From: Octopus sinensis
Taxonomy: Eukaryota
Length of the DNA: 64,000 nucleotides
Direction: 5' to 3'
NCBI RefSeq assembly: GCF_006345805.1
Contig: NC_043021.1
Location: 6,510,001 to 6,574,000 of the forward strand
Position numbers and translations under genes: made by a program. A model generated the notes under the pieces. It saw nothing but the letters and a program-made list of their open reading frames with translations, was not told the origin of the DNA and did no database searches. How positions within the stretch are numbered: position 1 is the first letter of the stretch; each line of letters starts with the position of its first letter. This document shows positions 1 to 13,546 of this stretch, piece by piece.

Positions 1-46
1 CTGAATCTAGTTTAGTGTGTAATCACTCTCTCCCACATTCTCCCAT

Positions 47-61
47 GTATATATATATATG

Positions 62-97
<36 letters not shown>

Positions 98-660
98 TGT
101 ATGTATGTATGTATGTATGTATGTATATATGTATGTGTGTGTGTGTATGTATGTATGTATGTATGTATGTATGTATGTATGTATATATGTATGTATGTAT
201 GTATGTATGTGTGTGTATGTATGTATGTATGTGTGTGTATGTATGTATGTATGTATGTATGTATGTATATATGTATGTGTGTGTGTGTATGTATGTATGT
301 ATGTATGTATGTGTGTATGTATATATGTATGTATGTATGTATGTGTGTGTATGTATGTATGTATGTATGTGTGTGTATGTATGTATGTATGTATGTATGT
401 ATGTATATATGTATGTGTGTGTGTATGTATGTATGTATGTATGTATGTATACATGCATGTATGTATGTATGTATGTATGTATGGATGGATGGATGGATGG
501 ATGGATGGATGGAAGGAGGGAAGGAGGGAGGGAGGGATGTATGCATATGTCTGTGTGTGTGTATATGTATACATGCATACATATGTATATATGTCCGTGT
601 ATGTATGTGACGCAAGTATTGTGCGTGCGTGTGCGTGTGTGTATGTGTGTGTGTGTGTGC
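47..660. repeat. Compound microsatellite (TA)n/(TATG)n/(TGGA)n/(TG)n
   Basis: Direct reading. The overlapping ORFs (MYVC.., HTYI..) are translations of the repeat. Confidence 0.97.
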
Positions 661-886
661 GCTACTTTGTGGCAATATTATACACACAGTTATAAATTAT
701 TTTGTTCATATGTCTCGTTGACATTTATATGTCTACCTGTCTAAGTATTTTTTTCTCGCCTCCATTCCGGATACTTACCCGTCAAATCTGTCTCTCGTTC
801 GTCTGTGTCTGCTTCTCGGTCAGTCTGTCTGTCTGTCTGTCTGTCTGTTGGCCTTCTGTTCTCTCTTACCGTGGAGAGATCACACA

Positions 887-928
<42 letters not shown>

Positions 929-988
929 CACACACACACATGCGCACGCACATGTATGTGTGTGCTTGTCTTTGTATCTCTCTCTCTT

Positions 989-1020
<32 letters not shown>

Positions 1021-1423
1021 CATACACATATATATGTGTATATATATATATGCATATATATGTGTGTATGTATATATATATATATACATACAGAGAGAGA
1101 GAGAGAGAGAGATCCAAACACGAACGGATATATATAAACACACATATATATATATATAAATGAGTGCATGTATGTATTAGTAGTTAATAATAAATTGATT
1201 CGCCTCCAGGCAACACAATGTTGTAGAGGAAAAGGTGGAGGAAGTTCAAGATGGCTACTGGAGATTGGACTGCTATTGGTCAAGGCAGGTCACATGGTTT
1301 TGTTGGCAATAATATTGAAAAATCAGGGACATCATATACATCAAGTACAAGTCCCAATTTTTAGTATATATATACGTACGTACACATGTATGTGTATATA
1401 TATGTATATATGCATGTATGCAT

Positions 1424-1590
1424 GTGTCGACTCTCGGTTACTCGATGGATCAGTGCCCTCCAGCCAGTTCTATCCTGGGCCGTTTCTTTCAGACTGGCTA
1501 TGTCTATTCCCATGTCACTCTTGATGGTGTCAAGCCAGCGTGTTCTTGGTCGGCCTCTTCCTCTCTTGCCAATGACCATTCCGAGCATTA
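1424..1590 (-). mobile_element. RTE/BovB-type LINE, 3' end of ORF (fragment)
   Basis: Minus frame reads GKRGRGRPRTRWLDTIKSDMGIDIASLKETAQDRTGWRALIHRVTESR, matching the RTE-clade C-terminal GxRxRGRPxxRWxD...DRxxWR motif. Confidence 0.85.
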
Positions 1591-1676
1591 TATATTTGGT
1601 TTTTTTTTATAAACATAATCTGTCCTTAAATATCTTCCGCATACTGAATACACACACACACATGCACATGCACACA

Positions 1677-1721
<45 letters not shown>

Positions 1722-1724
<3 letters not shown>

Positions 1725-1888
1725 CGAGCTTCTTTCAGTTTCTGTCTAACGAATCCACTCACAAGTCTTTGATCGGTCCAAGGCTATAGTAGAAGACTCT
1801 TGCCCAATGTGCCAAGCAGTGGGACTGAACTCGGAACCCGTGGTGGTTGGGAAGCAAGCTTTTTACCACACAGTCACGCCTGTGCCTA
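1722..1888 (-). mobile_element. SINE family A, head half (diverged)
   Basis: Reverse complement matches the family A tRNA-like head and body up to the internal microsatellite. Confidence 0.75.
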
Positions 1889-2944
1889 CATGATGCAATA
1901 AAAGTCGCCTAACATTATATAAGTTATACAATTGTGCGACAACAATAAAGTACACAAGTGTCACGTCGCCATTTGTAAAACCTGAGCAGACGTTCCCTCA
2001 ATAAAACAGCTATTAACTACACGTATGTTCTGTTCACACCTATATGCCAGAGCAATCTGCCATTTATTTGATGGTGCTCATGAATAGAGACGCCTACGTT
2101 AATAATTATGAAGTATGGTAATTGTAGTTTAGCATATTACTTGTTGTCTGTACAAAAGTAGTTTAGTATGTTAACCAGTAAACGTCAGGCTTAACAGAAA
2201 GCCTTGTTGTTTAAAGATCATTTGAAGATCATATCAGAAAACAATGGAACGGAATGAATGTTCAGCGTTAAAAGTCATTCGAGCTACTGATAAACAGCCT
2301 GTCGGAAACAGAGCACCCACGTACAAGATACTGTGCTTTCATGTAAGGCTAGAATGACTGTGAACCTACATTTATAACCTGAGAGTTCTGGAGCTGTCAT
2401 TTATGCCCAGTCATCTCATATATGTCATCAGCAGTCATCAACATTCGTGTGTGTTAGATTAAAACTTGTAAAAGGCCAAAACAATGCCAAATGGAATGAA
2501 ATGCAGAATTGAAAAACCAAAGCAAATATTAATGTTCTATCTTGTATTTCATCGCTATCTCGGGGTTAGGAATGCTTCATAAGGACCCGTGGAAAAATGG
2601 GAAACAGTATAGAGTTATTTTCTTTGCTCAGATACATGGGAAACGGTAGAGACATGCGCAGACTGGTGTTGTTTTAGTAACCAGACTGCTTCAAGTAGTT
2701 CTAGTCTGTCGTTTAATGAACGTTTAAAGACAACTTCCACGATTGTAAGTGGCTTATGTTGTGTTCCGTGGTTCTGATGGTTACAGCAGAGTCCTGGGTC
2801 TGGCACTTCAACAGGTGTTTATAAAATGTTCTTTGACACGAATGTGAAGTTTTTTTATGGTGCTCCTACAGTAGGATGCGCCACATTCGCTGCAGACGAC
2901 AGAAAGTCGTCTGCAGCGAATGTGTGAGTTTGTGTACTTACGTG

Positions 2945-3410
<466 letters not shown>

Positions 3411-3506
3411 AATGAAAACATATGTGTGTGTGTGTGTGCATAAAATTAACAGAATGAGATAAATATCCAAGGCTGTGAAAGATTTCAGAACATTTATAAA
3501 GAGAAG

Positions 3507-3554
3507 GTCTTACTGCTGTTTCCGAGATATTTTATATATCCCTTAATCGGAGAC
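3507..3554 (-). ncRNA. Degenerate hammerhead ribozyme remnant
   Basis: GTCT-CCGATTA-AGGGATAT/ATATCTCG-GAAAC-AGCA-GTA-AGAC. Same architecture as the motif at 57879 but with two core substitutions. Confidence 0.55.
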
Positions 3555-3920
3555 GGCGCGAGAAAATGGTTAAACAATAGTTATTCTAGATAAGATATGA
3601 AATAGAGAGCGAAATGGAGGAATGCAAACACACGTGAAATATGCAGGGATATTTTATCTGTAGTTCCATTATTTAGGCAGAATGGTATATATATAAGTTT
3701 CCTGTGCCTTGTGTGTAAGTTCCAGTAGTATTTAAAATTAGTCATTCCAAGCATAGAGCTTGTACATGGTGTTATTGGAGCGAGAGTTTTTTTTTGTTTT
3801 AGCTTAACTATAGTCTGTCCATAGCACTTACTCAGCATTACCTGACAACTGGGTTTGCTTGACACCATTACCTCTCATAACCTATATATATATATGTATA
3901 TATATATATGTATATATATA

Positions 3921-6485
3921 ACGGGAAGCTTTATGAAAATAAACAAAAGACGAAGGCAGGTGGAAAACAAACGAACAATTGTATTAGTATGGCGCTCAGG
4001 AAATATAAATAAAACAAGTCTTTAACGTTTCGAGCCTACGCTCTTCAACAGAAAGATACACAGAGAGAGAAAAACACAGAAAGAAGGAGAGAAAAAAAAT
4101 GCGTGCAGTAGCTAACGAATCAACATGGCGATCTGATTTCGGCCAGAGGTCAAAGATCAAACATGAGACGCGAGAGCGAAATAAGGGGAGATAATAGGGT
4201 TGATAAAAGGGTTGAGGGACCAGCTAAAAGGTGCGGGGGGGGTCTGGATGTGTGTATGTATAGGGTTTGCTGTATGCTTAGTATGTATAAGGTGTTTGTG
4301 GTGTTGTGGTGTGTGTGGTATGAGAGAGTATTAGTGCGTAGGATTGGTCGGACGTGCGTATGTATGGGGTTTGGTGTATGGATTAGTATGTATTAGTATG
4401 TATTAGTACGTATTGGTATGTATAGGTGTGTGGTGGTGAGAGAGAGTATAAGTGCGTATGCGGGGTCTGGACGTGTGGTATGTATAGGGTTGGTGTAAGT
4501 ATTAGTATGTACTAGTATGTATTAGTACGTATTAGTATTTATTAGTTGGTGTGTGTATTAGTATGGCACATCATAATGATGTGATGTGTAAAGTCCATGT
4601 GGTTGTAGTGAGGAGAAGAGGGGGAGGGGAGAAGAGGGGGGAGAGAAGGGAGGGGAAGAAGAGGGGAGGAGAAGGGGGAAGAGGAGAGGATGGGGGAGAA
4701 GGAAGGGGAGAGAGGGAGCAGAGGGAAGGGGAAGAGGGAGGGAGAAAGAGGAAGAAGGGAAGGGGAGTAGGGGTAAAGGATGAAGGACTGAAGAAGTAGG
4801 GGTCGGGGGAGAAAGGATAGGTTGAAGAGGGGGGAGGGGGGGTAGATAGGAGGGGGGGAGAGTTGTGAGACCAAATGGCGTTATAAGAGCGAAGAGAGAA
4901 GATTAATTCCTGTTCACTGCGCAAACGGGAATCCGGATGGCCTCTGTGTAAGGACAAACCGAACACAGATAGGTGTTGCAAGGAGTGACCCGGGGCGGAA
5001 ATGGCGTGAGACCGGTGTGTCGTTCGCAAAGGTGGATGTCACGAAGGTGTTCCGCGAACCGGTCAGCCAAGCGGCGTCCCGTTTGTCCGATGTACAAGGA
5101 ATTGCAGAGAAGCAAGAGATGCAATAGATAATATTGCCTGGAGGTGCCGGTGAAGGAGTGGAGATGGGAATAGGGTCGATGGTGGGTGCTATGAGGCGGG
5201 TGGTGTTGGAGAGGTAAGGGCAAGTGCGGCAACGTGGGCGGGAGCAGGGGAACGAGCCGGGTTGGGAGGTAGGGTCAGGGAAGGAGCTATGGACCAAAAG
5301 GTCTCGAAGGTTGTGGGCTCGTTTGAAAGAGGGGAGGGGTCGGTTAGGGAAGAGGTTGTGAAGTGGACGGTTCGGACTGGAGATGACGGAAAGCTCGAAG
5401 AATGGTGCGTTGGAGACGTAGGGTCGTGGGGTGGTAAGTGAGGGGAAAAGGGGGCGGGAGACTACAGGGGGGGTTCGGGGAGAGAGAGCAGATACACGGT
5501 CCACGGACCGTGCTCTGGCAAGGGCGGTGGGATAGTGGTGATGGGGTATCCCACGTAGGGTGAAGTGGTGAGCCATACTTGAGACTGTGTCTCAAAGTCA
5601 TGGTCGTCACTACAGAGCCTACGTAGACGGAGGAATGGGAATAGGAGATGGAAAAGCTTGGTGTGTTTCTGGGTGGGAGGAAGAGAAGTTGAGGGTGTGT
5701 GTGGGAGTCTTTGTGTTTGTAGTGAATGGAGGTGGTAAGATGGAGTGAAGAATTTAACCGAAATGTCGAGGAAGGAGACAGAGGTGTTGGAGATAGTGGA
5801 AGTGAAGTGGAGGGCTGGATGGAAAGATTGTGAGAAAGAGAGGAAGGAATCTAGGATGTTCGCGGGAGAGTGAGGTGGCACCGATAATGTCGTCAATATA
5901 ACGACATATAGTTCAGGAGTGGACCAGTGAAATTAGAGAATATTTGGGCCTCAACATAGCCAACGAACAGGTTTCGCATAGTTGGGGCCCATTCGCGTTC
6001 CCATGGCCACTCCCGAGACCTGATGGTAGAACTCGCCGCGAACGGAGCAGTTCAGAGTAAGGACAAGTTCGGCCAGACGAATGAGTGGTGGAGGTGTCAG
6101 TTACAGAGTTAGAGCGGAGGTCAAGAAAGTGTCGAAGGGCCTGCAGTCCTTCGTGGTGAGGGATAACAGTATAGAGCTTTGGATGTCCATAGTAAAAAGG
6201 ATTTTGGAGGAGCCGGGAGGAAGGATAAAGAGTTGAAAAGCCGGAGAGCATGGGTTGGTATAGTGGATGTGGGAGGGAAGAGATGCCACTAGGGGGGCAA
6301 GGACACGGTCGAGGTATTTAGAGATGAGCTCCGTGGCTTAAACAGGCGGAGACGATGGGGCGGCCAGGGTTGTTGGGGTTTGGGATTTTGGGGAGGAAGT
6401 AAATGGTGGGGGTACGTGGGGTTCGCACAATTAGGTTGGATGCGGTGCGGGGGAGACGGGAGGACGAGATGAGGTCTTGGACAGT
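3921..6485 (-). mobile_element. Penelope-like retroelement (decayed, 5'-truncated) with 3' pLTR, flanked by (TA)n
   Basis: Minus-strand frames give YFLPKIPNPNNPGRPIVSAC, LFTMDI..LYTVIPHHEGLQALRHFL, SGVAMGTRMGP, FHPALHFT..VSFLDISV, FKRAHNLRDLLVHSS, CSRPRCRTCPY, NIIYCISC and LYIGQTGRRLADRFAEHLRDI (RT plus GIY-YIG), with frameshifts. A hammerhead-bearing terminal repeat lies at 3921-4140. Confidence 0.93.
4020..4055 (-). ncRNA. Minimal hammerhead-like motif with variant core CUGUUGA
   Basis: CTTT-CTGTTGA-A-GAGC(GTAG)GCTC-GAAAC-GT-T-AAAG. Helix I is CTTT/AAAG and helix III is the palindrome ACGT. Confidence 0.7.
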
Positions 6486-6539
<54 letters not shown>

Positions 6540-6574
6540 TATATATAGATAGAAGTAGATAGATTCATAGATAG

Positions 6575-6605
<31 letters not shown>

Positions 6606-6659
6606 AGAGAGAGATAGATAGATAGACATACAGATGAGTAGATAATAGATGAGATAGAT

Positions 6660-6714
<55 letters not shown>

Positions 6715-7065
6715 TACATATAGATATAGATATATAGATATATAGATATATAGATATAGATTGATAGATAGATAGACAATAGACAGACAGACGTACATAC
6801 GTACACATACTTACATACATACATACGTATATACACATACATACCACACATGCATACATACATACATACATACATGCATGTATACATACATACTACATTC
6901 TAACAAAATGCATACATACATACATACATACAAACATACATACACACATGATACAAGAACAACATACAACAACATACATACATACATCATACATACATAC
7001 ATAGATACATACATACATAAATACTACATTTACATAAATACATACATACATACATCATACATACA
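6486..7065. repeat. Compound microsatellite (TA)n/(GATA)n/(CATA)n
   Basis: Direct reading. Confidence 0.95.
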
Positions 7066-7222
7066 TATGGTAGTTCCGAACATTTTCCAAAGAAACATCA
7101 GTCAACACGTGATACAATGAATGCTAGGAGACACACGAGCCAAAGTACCCATACCACTTTCGGAACTAAATTCTTTAACTTCACAGCGTCGTCTGCATTT
7201 CAGTAAAAACGAGATATTAAAT

Positions 7223-7307
<85 letters not shown>

Positions 7308-7739
7308 AAGAAAGAGAAGATAAACAGATTTCTTTGGTAACATCTAATGTCATGATTCAGTAAAGTAGACATAAATAACAAGGAAATCTCCCGGAGAAGT
7401 TCCATCAAGTGTGGCAGACTCGTCGTCGTCGTCGTTGTCGTCGTTGTTGTTGTGGATTGATTAGGAAAAGCTGTGAATCCGACGTTTCCGGTAAGCTAAT
7501 GAGAAATTAGCTACAACGCCATTTGCTATTTTCAAATTGATTTTTAACGAAGGCAGAGGAGGAAGCTTACAGAAGCTGAGTGTGAAAGAGAAATGTAATG
7601 GAATAAGAGAATAATGAATTAATGAAATAATAAAATAACTAGAATAATAGAATAATAGAATAAAACAGACAAGTAAAGTTATAACATAGAAAAAAGAAAT
7701 CTTTATACCATAATGTTTTTAGCTGACAATGAAGCACAA

Positions 7740-8019
7740 TATATACCTACATACGTACGAACGTACATACATATACACATACATACATACATACATACAT
7801 ACATACATACACACGCATACACACATACATATATACATATACATACATACATACATACATACATACATACATACATACATACATACATACATACATACAC
7901 ACACATTTATATATATGTATATTATGTATGTATACATGTGTATACAAACGCACACATGTATGAATATAAAATTATTTATATCTATGTCTGAATGTATCTA
8001 TCTTAAACATATATATATG

Positions 8020-8077
<58 letters not shown>

Positions 8078-8099
8078 TATATATATATAGATAATATAA

Positions 8100-8191
<92 letters not shown>

Positions 8192-8245
8192 GGATGGATG
8201 GATAGATAGATAGATAATAGATAGATAGATAGATAGATAGATAGG

Positions 8246-8289
<44 letters not shown>

Positions 8290-8304
8290 AGATAGATAGA
8301 TAGG

Positions 8305-8365
<61 letters not shown>

Positions 8366-8410
8366 GACAGACAGACAGACAGACAGACAGAACAGATAGA
8401 TAGATAGATA
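7740..8410. repeat. Compound microsatellite (CATA)n/(GACA)n/(GATA)n
   Basis: Direct reading. The (GATA)n end abuts the Tx1-like LINE. Confidence 0.95.
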
Positions 8411-10196
8411 TGTTTCTTATTAGCCACACAGGGCTGCACACAGATAGAACAAATTACAAGGTAGAGCTTTTCTTTTGAAGGTATTAAAAAAAAAAAAAAA
8501 AAAAAAAAAAGAAGGGGGGAGGTTCGATCAAAAGGGATCGTAAAAGGAGAGAAAGAGGACAAAAATAAGGGGGGGTTAAAAAAAAAAAAAAAAAAAAAGG
8601 GGGGGGGGAGGAAAAAAAAATGATCAATAGGGATCGTTACACACAGAAATGTCAATATGAAGTGTAAAGGGGAGGACAGGTGAGGTTTACCCGTGGAAAG
8701 AAAGCCTGCGGAAAAGCCACGTAACCTCGGTCAATGAATCACATTTTTATATTCTTTTTTTTTTTTTTTTTTTTTGCAAATAAGCAACTCTCTGTTTTCG
8801 ATTTCTGGGTTCATATGACTATGCTCAAGGTGCTTTCGTCATTCATACGTGCCATTCTTGCTACATTCACCCATCTTTTTTTTAAACATGCGCTAGACAA
8901 AACTTGCCTCTCTACTCTCACTTCCTTTTCAAGTGGTACTTGAAGAAGTTGATGAGAGATTGACCAGAGAGGAAAGTGTTTGTCTCCAATCCTTTCAGAC
9001 GCGTCCACCAGATACATTCTTTCGCATAGCCACAAGGATGATGAAAATAGCTCTTCCTTCCCGTTTGAAGGAAGGAGGCGTGACAATTGACGATAGACTC
9101 AGCTGATAAACGACTCGTCCCACACGTGACAGCATTGTTCGACATAAGCCCACAGGTCGGAAATTGTTGGACACTGAACAGTACGTGCAGAACGGTTTCG
9201 TCGCTCTGACGCATCTCGGGCAGGTCGGCCCCCGTGTTTCTCGAGCCGTGTCTGTAGAGCTTATCCCGAACGGGGTAGCGCTTCGGTAGCACTGCCAGGC
9301 CAGGGATCTCTGGAAGTTGTCCATGGGCCCTGGCCCGAAAGTCGTCCCGAAAGGCGGGTCAGGTACTCCTCGTCGCGTCCAGGTTCGCCCCGAGCTCGTC
9401 GTCGTCCTCCCCTCCACTAAACCCCTATAGAATCTTTTGGTTGTGTTGAAGTCACTTAAGGTCGACCAGGACGGCAGAGTTGCTTGAGAGCAACGCGACA
9501 CTCGCGGTGCCATTCGCCCTTCCTCGGCCTCTTTTTGATCCACGACTGCATTTCGGTCATGGAGACGAGCTGCGGGAAAGCGTGCCTCACAAACGGCGAC
9601 CACACCTGTTCACCGTCGTCTACATAGAGCCAGAGATGTCGCCAGTCTCAGCGCGTGTCTGCGCATCATCAACCACGGCATGCCCAGCCCCTTTTAACGG
9701 GTGTTGACAGCAAATGGATCGCTGACCATCGGGACGCATCCTTTCCAACAAGAAGCGAAAGAGGATGCGTTGTAGTTTGGTGATGGTAGGGTCGGACAGG
9801 TACGACGGTCAGGCGGTAGTAATGACGGACGCGAGGTACGCGTGTTCGCCACCTCCCGCTCGACCTTTTAGGGACAGTTTCCTCTCGGCCCATTGCCGGG
9901 CGAGAGTGACCACCCTACTCGTTATCTCGTTCCAGTTCTTCTCCACTTGGAGGTCCGGACCAAACCAGACCCCGAGCAACTCAACCGGCCGTCGGTCCAG
10001 CGTCCCACGACGGAGGCGCTGGTGGACGGCATGGGGTTGCTTCTTCCCAGGTGCCTAGTCCGCAAGCCCACTGACTTTTCCCGGCTGATTTTCGCTCCGT
10101 CACCGCTTCGTAGTTTTTCAGTGTCTCGCCGACCAGCTCGATGTGCTCGTGGCTAGACACTTGACGGTGACGTCGTCCGCGTATGCAGACACGCTC
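8411..10196 (-). mobile_element. L1/Tx1-like LINE, 5'-truncated (RT YADD to 3' UTR), frameshifted
   Basis: YADD is encoded at 10172-10183 ([10 protein letters not shown]). Further frames read VGETLKNYEAVT..GLGTW, GPMDNFQRSLAWQCYR, CPRC..DETVLHVLF and KKRWVNVARMA, with the stop near 8811. Both ends abut (GATA)n. Clade assignment is from remembered motifs. Confidence 0.82.
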
Positions 10197-10279
<83 letters not shown>

Positions 10280-10294
10280 GGATGGATAGATAGA

Positions 10295-10370
<76 letters not shown>

Positions 10371-10390
10371 TAGATAGATAGATAGATAGA
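10197..10390. repeat. (GATA)n/(GACA)n microsatellite
   Basis: Direct reading. Confidence 0.97.
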
Positions 10391-11035
10391 TACACAAACA
10401 CACGTGATTACGTATCTACACATGAATTTAGGTATGTGCGTATATATGTGTGTACATACACATGCACACACGCATACACACACACACACACATGCACACA
10501 CACACATATATATACATACATAATTATGCATGTATGTATTTATGTGTGTGCTTATGTTTTTTTTTGTTTTTTTTTAAATATTTCGTGTTAAAGTGACATT
10601 TTGTGGCTCAATCTGTCTAAATAGGCGTCTGAGCTTTTGTTGTTATTTAGCCCAGGGTCAATCCTTATCGAGTCGATTATGATCAAAGAAACTGCAGCTG
10701 CGACCCGTCGGGCCTTCCTTTATATTGCGGTCGTAAAGTCGAAGGAAATTACAAACAAGGATGTTCAAATAAGAGCCTGCAGAATACAAAGAAGAAAGTC
10801 ATTAAAATTTTGTAAAGAAACAAGCAATAATACTTCAAATATGCATCTTTTATTCTTCATGGACTGCGGCCATGCTGGGGCAGCACTTTGGAGGGTTTTA
10901 GTCAAACAAATCGAACTAAAACTTGTACGAACATAGGCTTGTACTTATTCTTCCATTGTCTATTGCCGAACCACTACGTTACTTGGACGTAAATATACCA
11001 ACACCCGTTGACAGGCGGTAGGGGTGGAGGAGTCA

Positions 11036-11071
11036 TAAACACAGACAAAAATATATGCACACACACACACA

Positions 11072-11149
<78 letters not shown>

Positions 11150-11352
11150 GCACACACACACACACACACATGGACATACAATGACATACACGGACACACT
11201 AGTACAGAATAACGTATAGACACTCTCACACTGAGACACATACTATCACATACACGCGCATACTGAGGCGCACTGACACACACATAAAGACACATATAGT
11301 CATTCTCACAAATACACACACGCACACACACACACGCACACACACACACACA

Positions 11353-11398
<46 letters not shown>

Positions 11399-11400
11399 AA
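11036..11400. repeat. (CA)n-rich microsatellite
   Basis: Direct reading. Confidence 0.9.
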
Positions 11401-11707
11401 CACAAGAGGTGGACGTTGTAAGATTTCACCTACTGTTTTCATTAAATATCAGCGACATCTGACGTCGTTGTCTCAAAACAAAAAAAACAGTTTTTACATT
11501 TTAAACCAAATATGGTGTTCATCTGTTACTTTGGATGACGCCGACGATAACAACAACGATGACAATACCATTCGAGAAACCAATGACGAGGACAATGACA
11601 GCAAAGATTTCAACAACGTGTGTGTGCATATATGTCATGCATATATATGTGTGGTGAATGATGTATGTGTATATTTCATGAACTCCTCGCACCGCAGAGA
11701 CACGCGC

Positions 11708-11708
11708 A

Positions 11709-11775
<67 letters not shown>

Positions 11776-11864
11776 CTTATATGATATATATATATATACA
11801 TACACTTATATATATATATTTATATATATATATATTATATATATATATATATATATACATACAT

Positions 11865-11897
<33 letters not shown>

Positions 11898-11987
11898 CAA
11901 ATATATCAAAATACTTATATATATATATATATATCATACACTTATATATATATATATATATAATATATATATATATAATACATACAC

Positions 11988-12026
<39 letters not shown>
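11708..12026. repeat. Long (TA)n-rich microsatellite
   Basis: Direct reading. Confidence 0.95.
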
Positions 12027-12028
<2 letters not shown>

Positions 12029-12032
12029 ACTG

Positions 12033-12077
12033 AAACTGTTCGACGAACGGGGAACGTGAAACTCCGAGTAACAGTTT
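12033..12077 (+). ncRNA. Hammerhead-like motif with variant core UCGACGA in an ~80-bp module between (TA)n tracts
   Basis: AAACTGT-TCGACGA-ACG(GGGAA)CGT-GAAAC-TCCGA-GTA-ACAGTTT. Helix I is a perfect 7 bp and the triplet is GUA. Confidence 0.65.
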
Positions 12078-12125
12078 TGTGATGCCTTTGAGCTTTATTA
12101 ATAAAGTATATATATATTTATATAT

Positions 12126-12180
<55 letters not shown>

Positions 12181-12190
12181 ATTTATGTAT

Positions 12191-12234
<44 letters not shown>

Positions 12235-13546
12235 CATAGTTCCATATCTTGGCACAAGGTCAGCAATTTTTGAGAGTGGGTAAGTTAATTACAATTGACG
12301 CCCAGTTGTCAACTGGTATTTATTCTATCGACTATCGAAATCACCGAAACAAGTAAAAGATAAAAGGAAAAAAAAAATAACACGTAATGTTACAACATCA
12401 GCCGACACTTTTCTTAGCCTAATACTCTGTTTATTTGGCGCCGTATTCATTAATAGATACCGAATCATTAATTATATTCATTACGGTAACTAAACCATAA
12501 TTATTCAGGGGTTTTAGCGAGAGGCAAAGAGAGAGAGAGAGAGAGAAAGAAAGGAAGAAGAAAAAAGCAAGGAGAGATTGTAGTGCAGACAAGCGGATGA
12601 TGATTCCGAAGCATTTATTAAATGCTACATCAAGCAACGGAAATAAGTTACAGGATGGTCGTAGCCCTATAACTTATTTTTCTGACAAAGAATGCTTTAC
12701 TTTCGTATAAGCTTTGAGCTCTCAACAACTGATGCAGTTATAGAGGTACTGTCAAGATATACGGAGTCTTTGTGGCATTTTAGTTCTAACAGATTCCATT
12801 CCTCTCCACGTCTCACCATTGCCGGTTCCTTCCAGAGAGATAAAAAATGAAAAAGAAGTAGAAAGAAAGAGATGAAACTACTCCAACACCGGACGACGGA
12901 TACTTTATTTATCGACCTCGAAAGGATCAAAGGCAAAATTTTCTACGGCAATATTTGAAATTGGATAGAATTGAATAAATACAGTCAAGAAGCATACCTG
13001 GGGTCCTAACGACTCTGCCAATTCCAACCCCGCTTCTCCAAGGAATAATGAATCTATAAGAAAGGAGATCTGGCTTTGAAACCACTTGGTTTCAGATTCA
13101 GTCCCGCTGCACGGTATCTTGGCCAAATGTCTTCTGCTATACCTCTGAGCTGACCATTGCCTTGTAAGTGAATATGGTAGATGGTAACTGTGGAGCGGGG
13201 GGGGGGCTACAAATATACACGCAAAGACACACACATACACGCATGCGCGCGCCGCACGCACGCACACACACACTCACATCCTCCTCTACCATAGCTCCAA
13301 GCTATAGTAGAAGGACATATATATATATATATATAATATATATATATTATATATATATATATATATGGTGTCAAGAAGACCCAAAGGTGTCAGGTAACGC
13401 TGAGTAAGTGCTATGGACAGACTATAGTTAAGCTCAAAAAACTTCTCTCGATCCATAACACCATGTACACTATGCTTGGAATGACTAATTTATCTATATA
13501 TATATATATATACTTATATATATATAATATATATAATATATATAAT

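Noticed and set aside
2200-2860. Possible decayed transposase in unique DNA
   Set aside because: All frames are broken and I could not identify a diagnostic motif.
7100-7200. Hydrophobic peptide VVWVLWLVCLLAFIVSRVD on minus
   Set aside because: Short, with no supporting gene structure.
8470-8780. Long A, G and T homopolymers as a terminator or special structure
   Set aside because: They lie within the LINE 3' UTR, and their lengths may reflect sequencing error.
12697-12830. Possible minus-strand exon EPAMVRRGEEWNLLELKCHK.. after a pyrimidine tract
   Set aside because: Splice-like signals exist, but I recognise no homology and find no partner exons. It needs RNA-seq.
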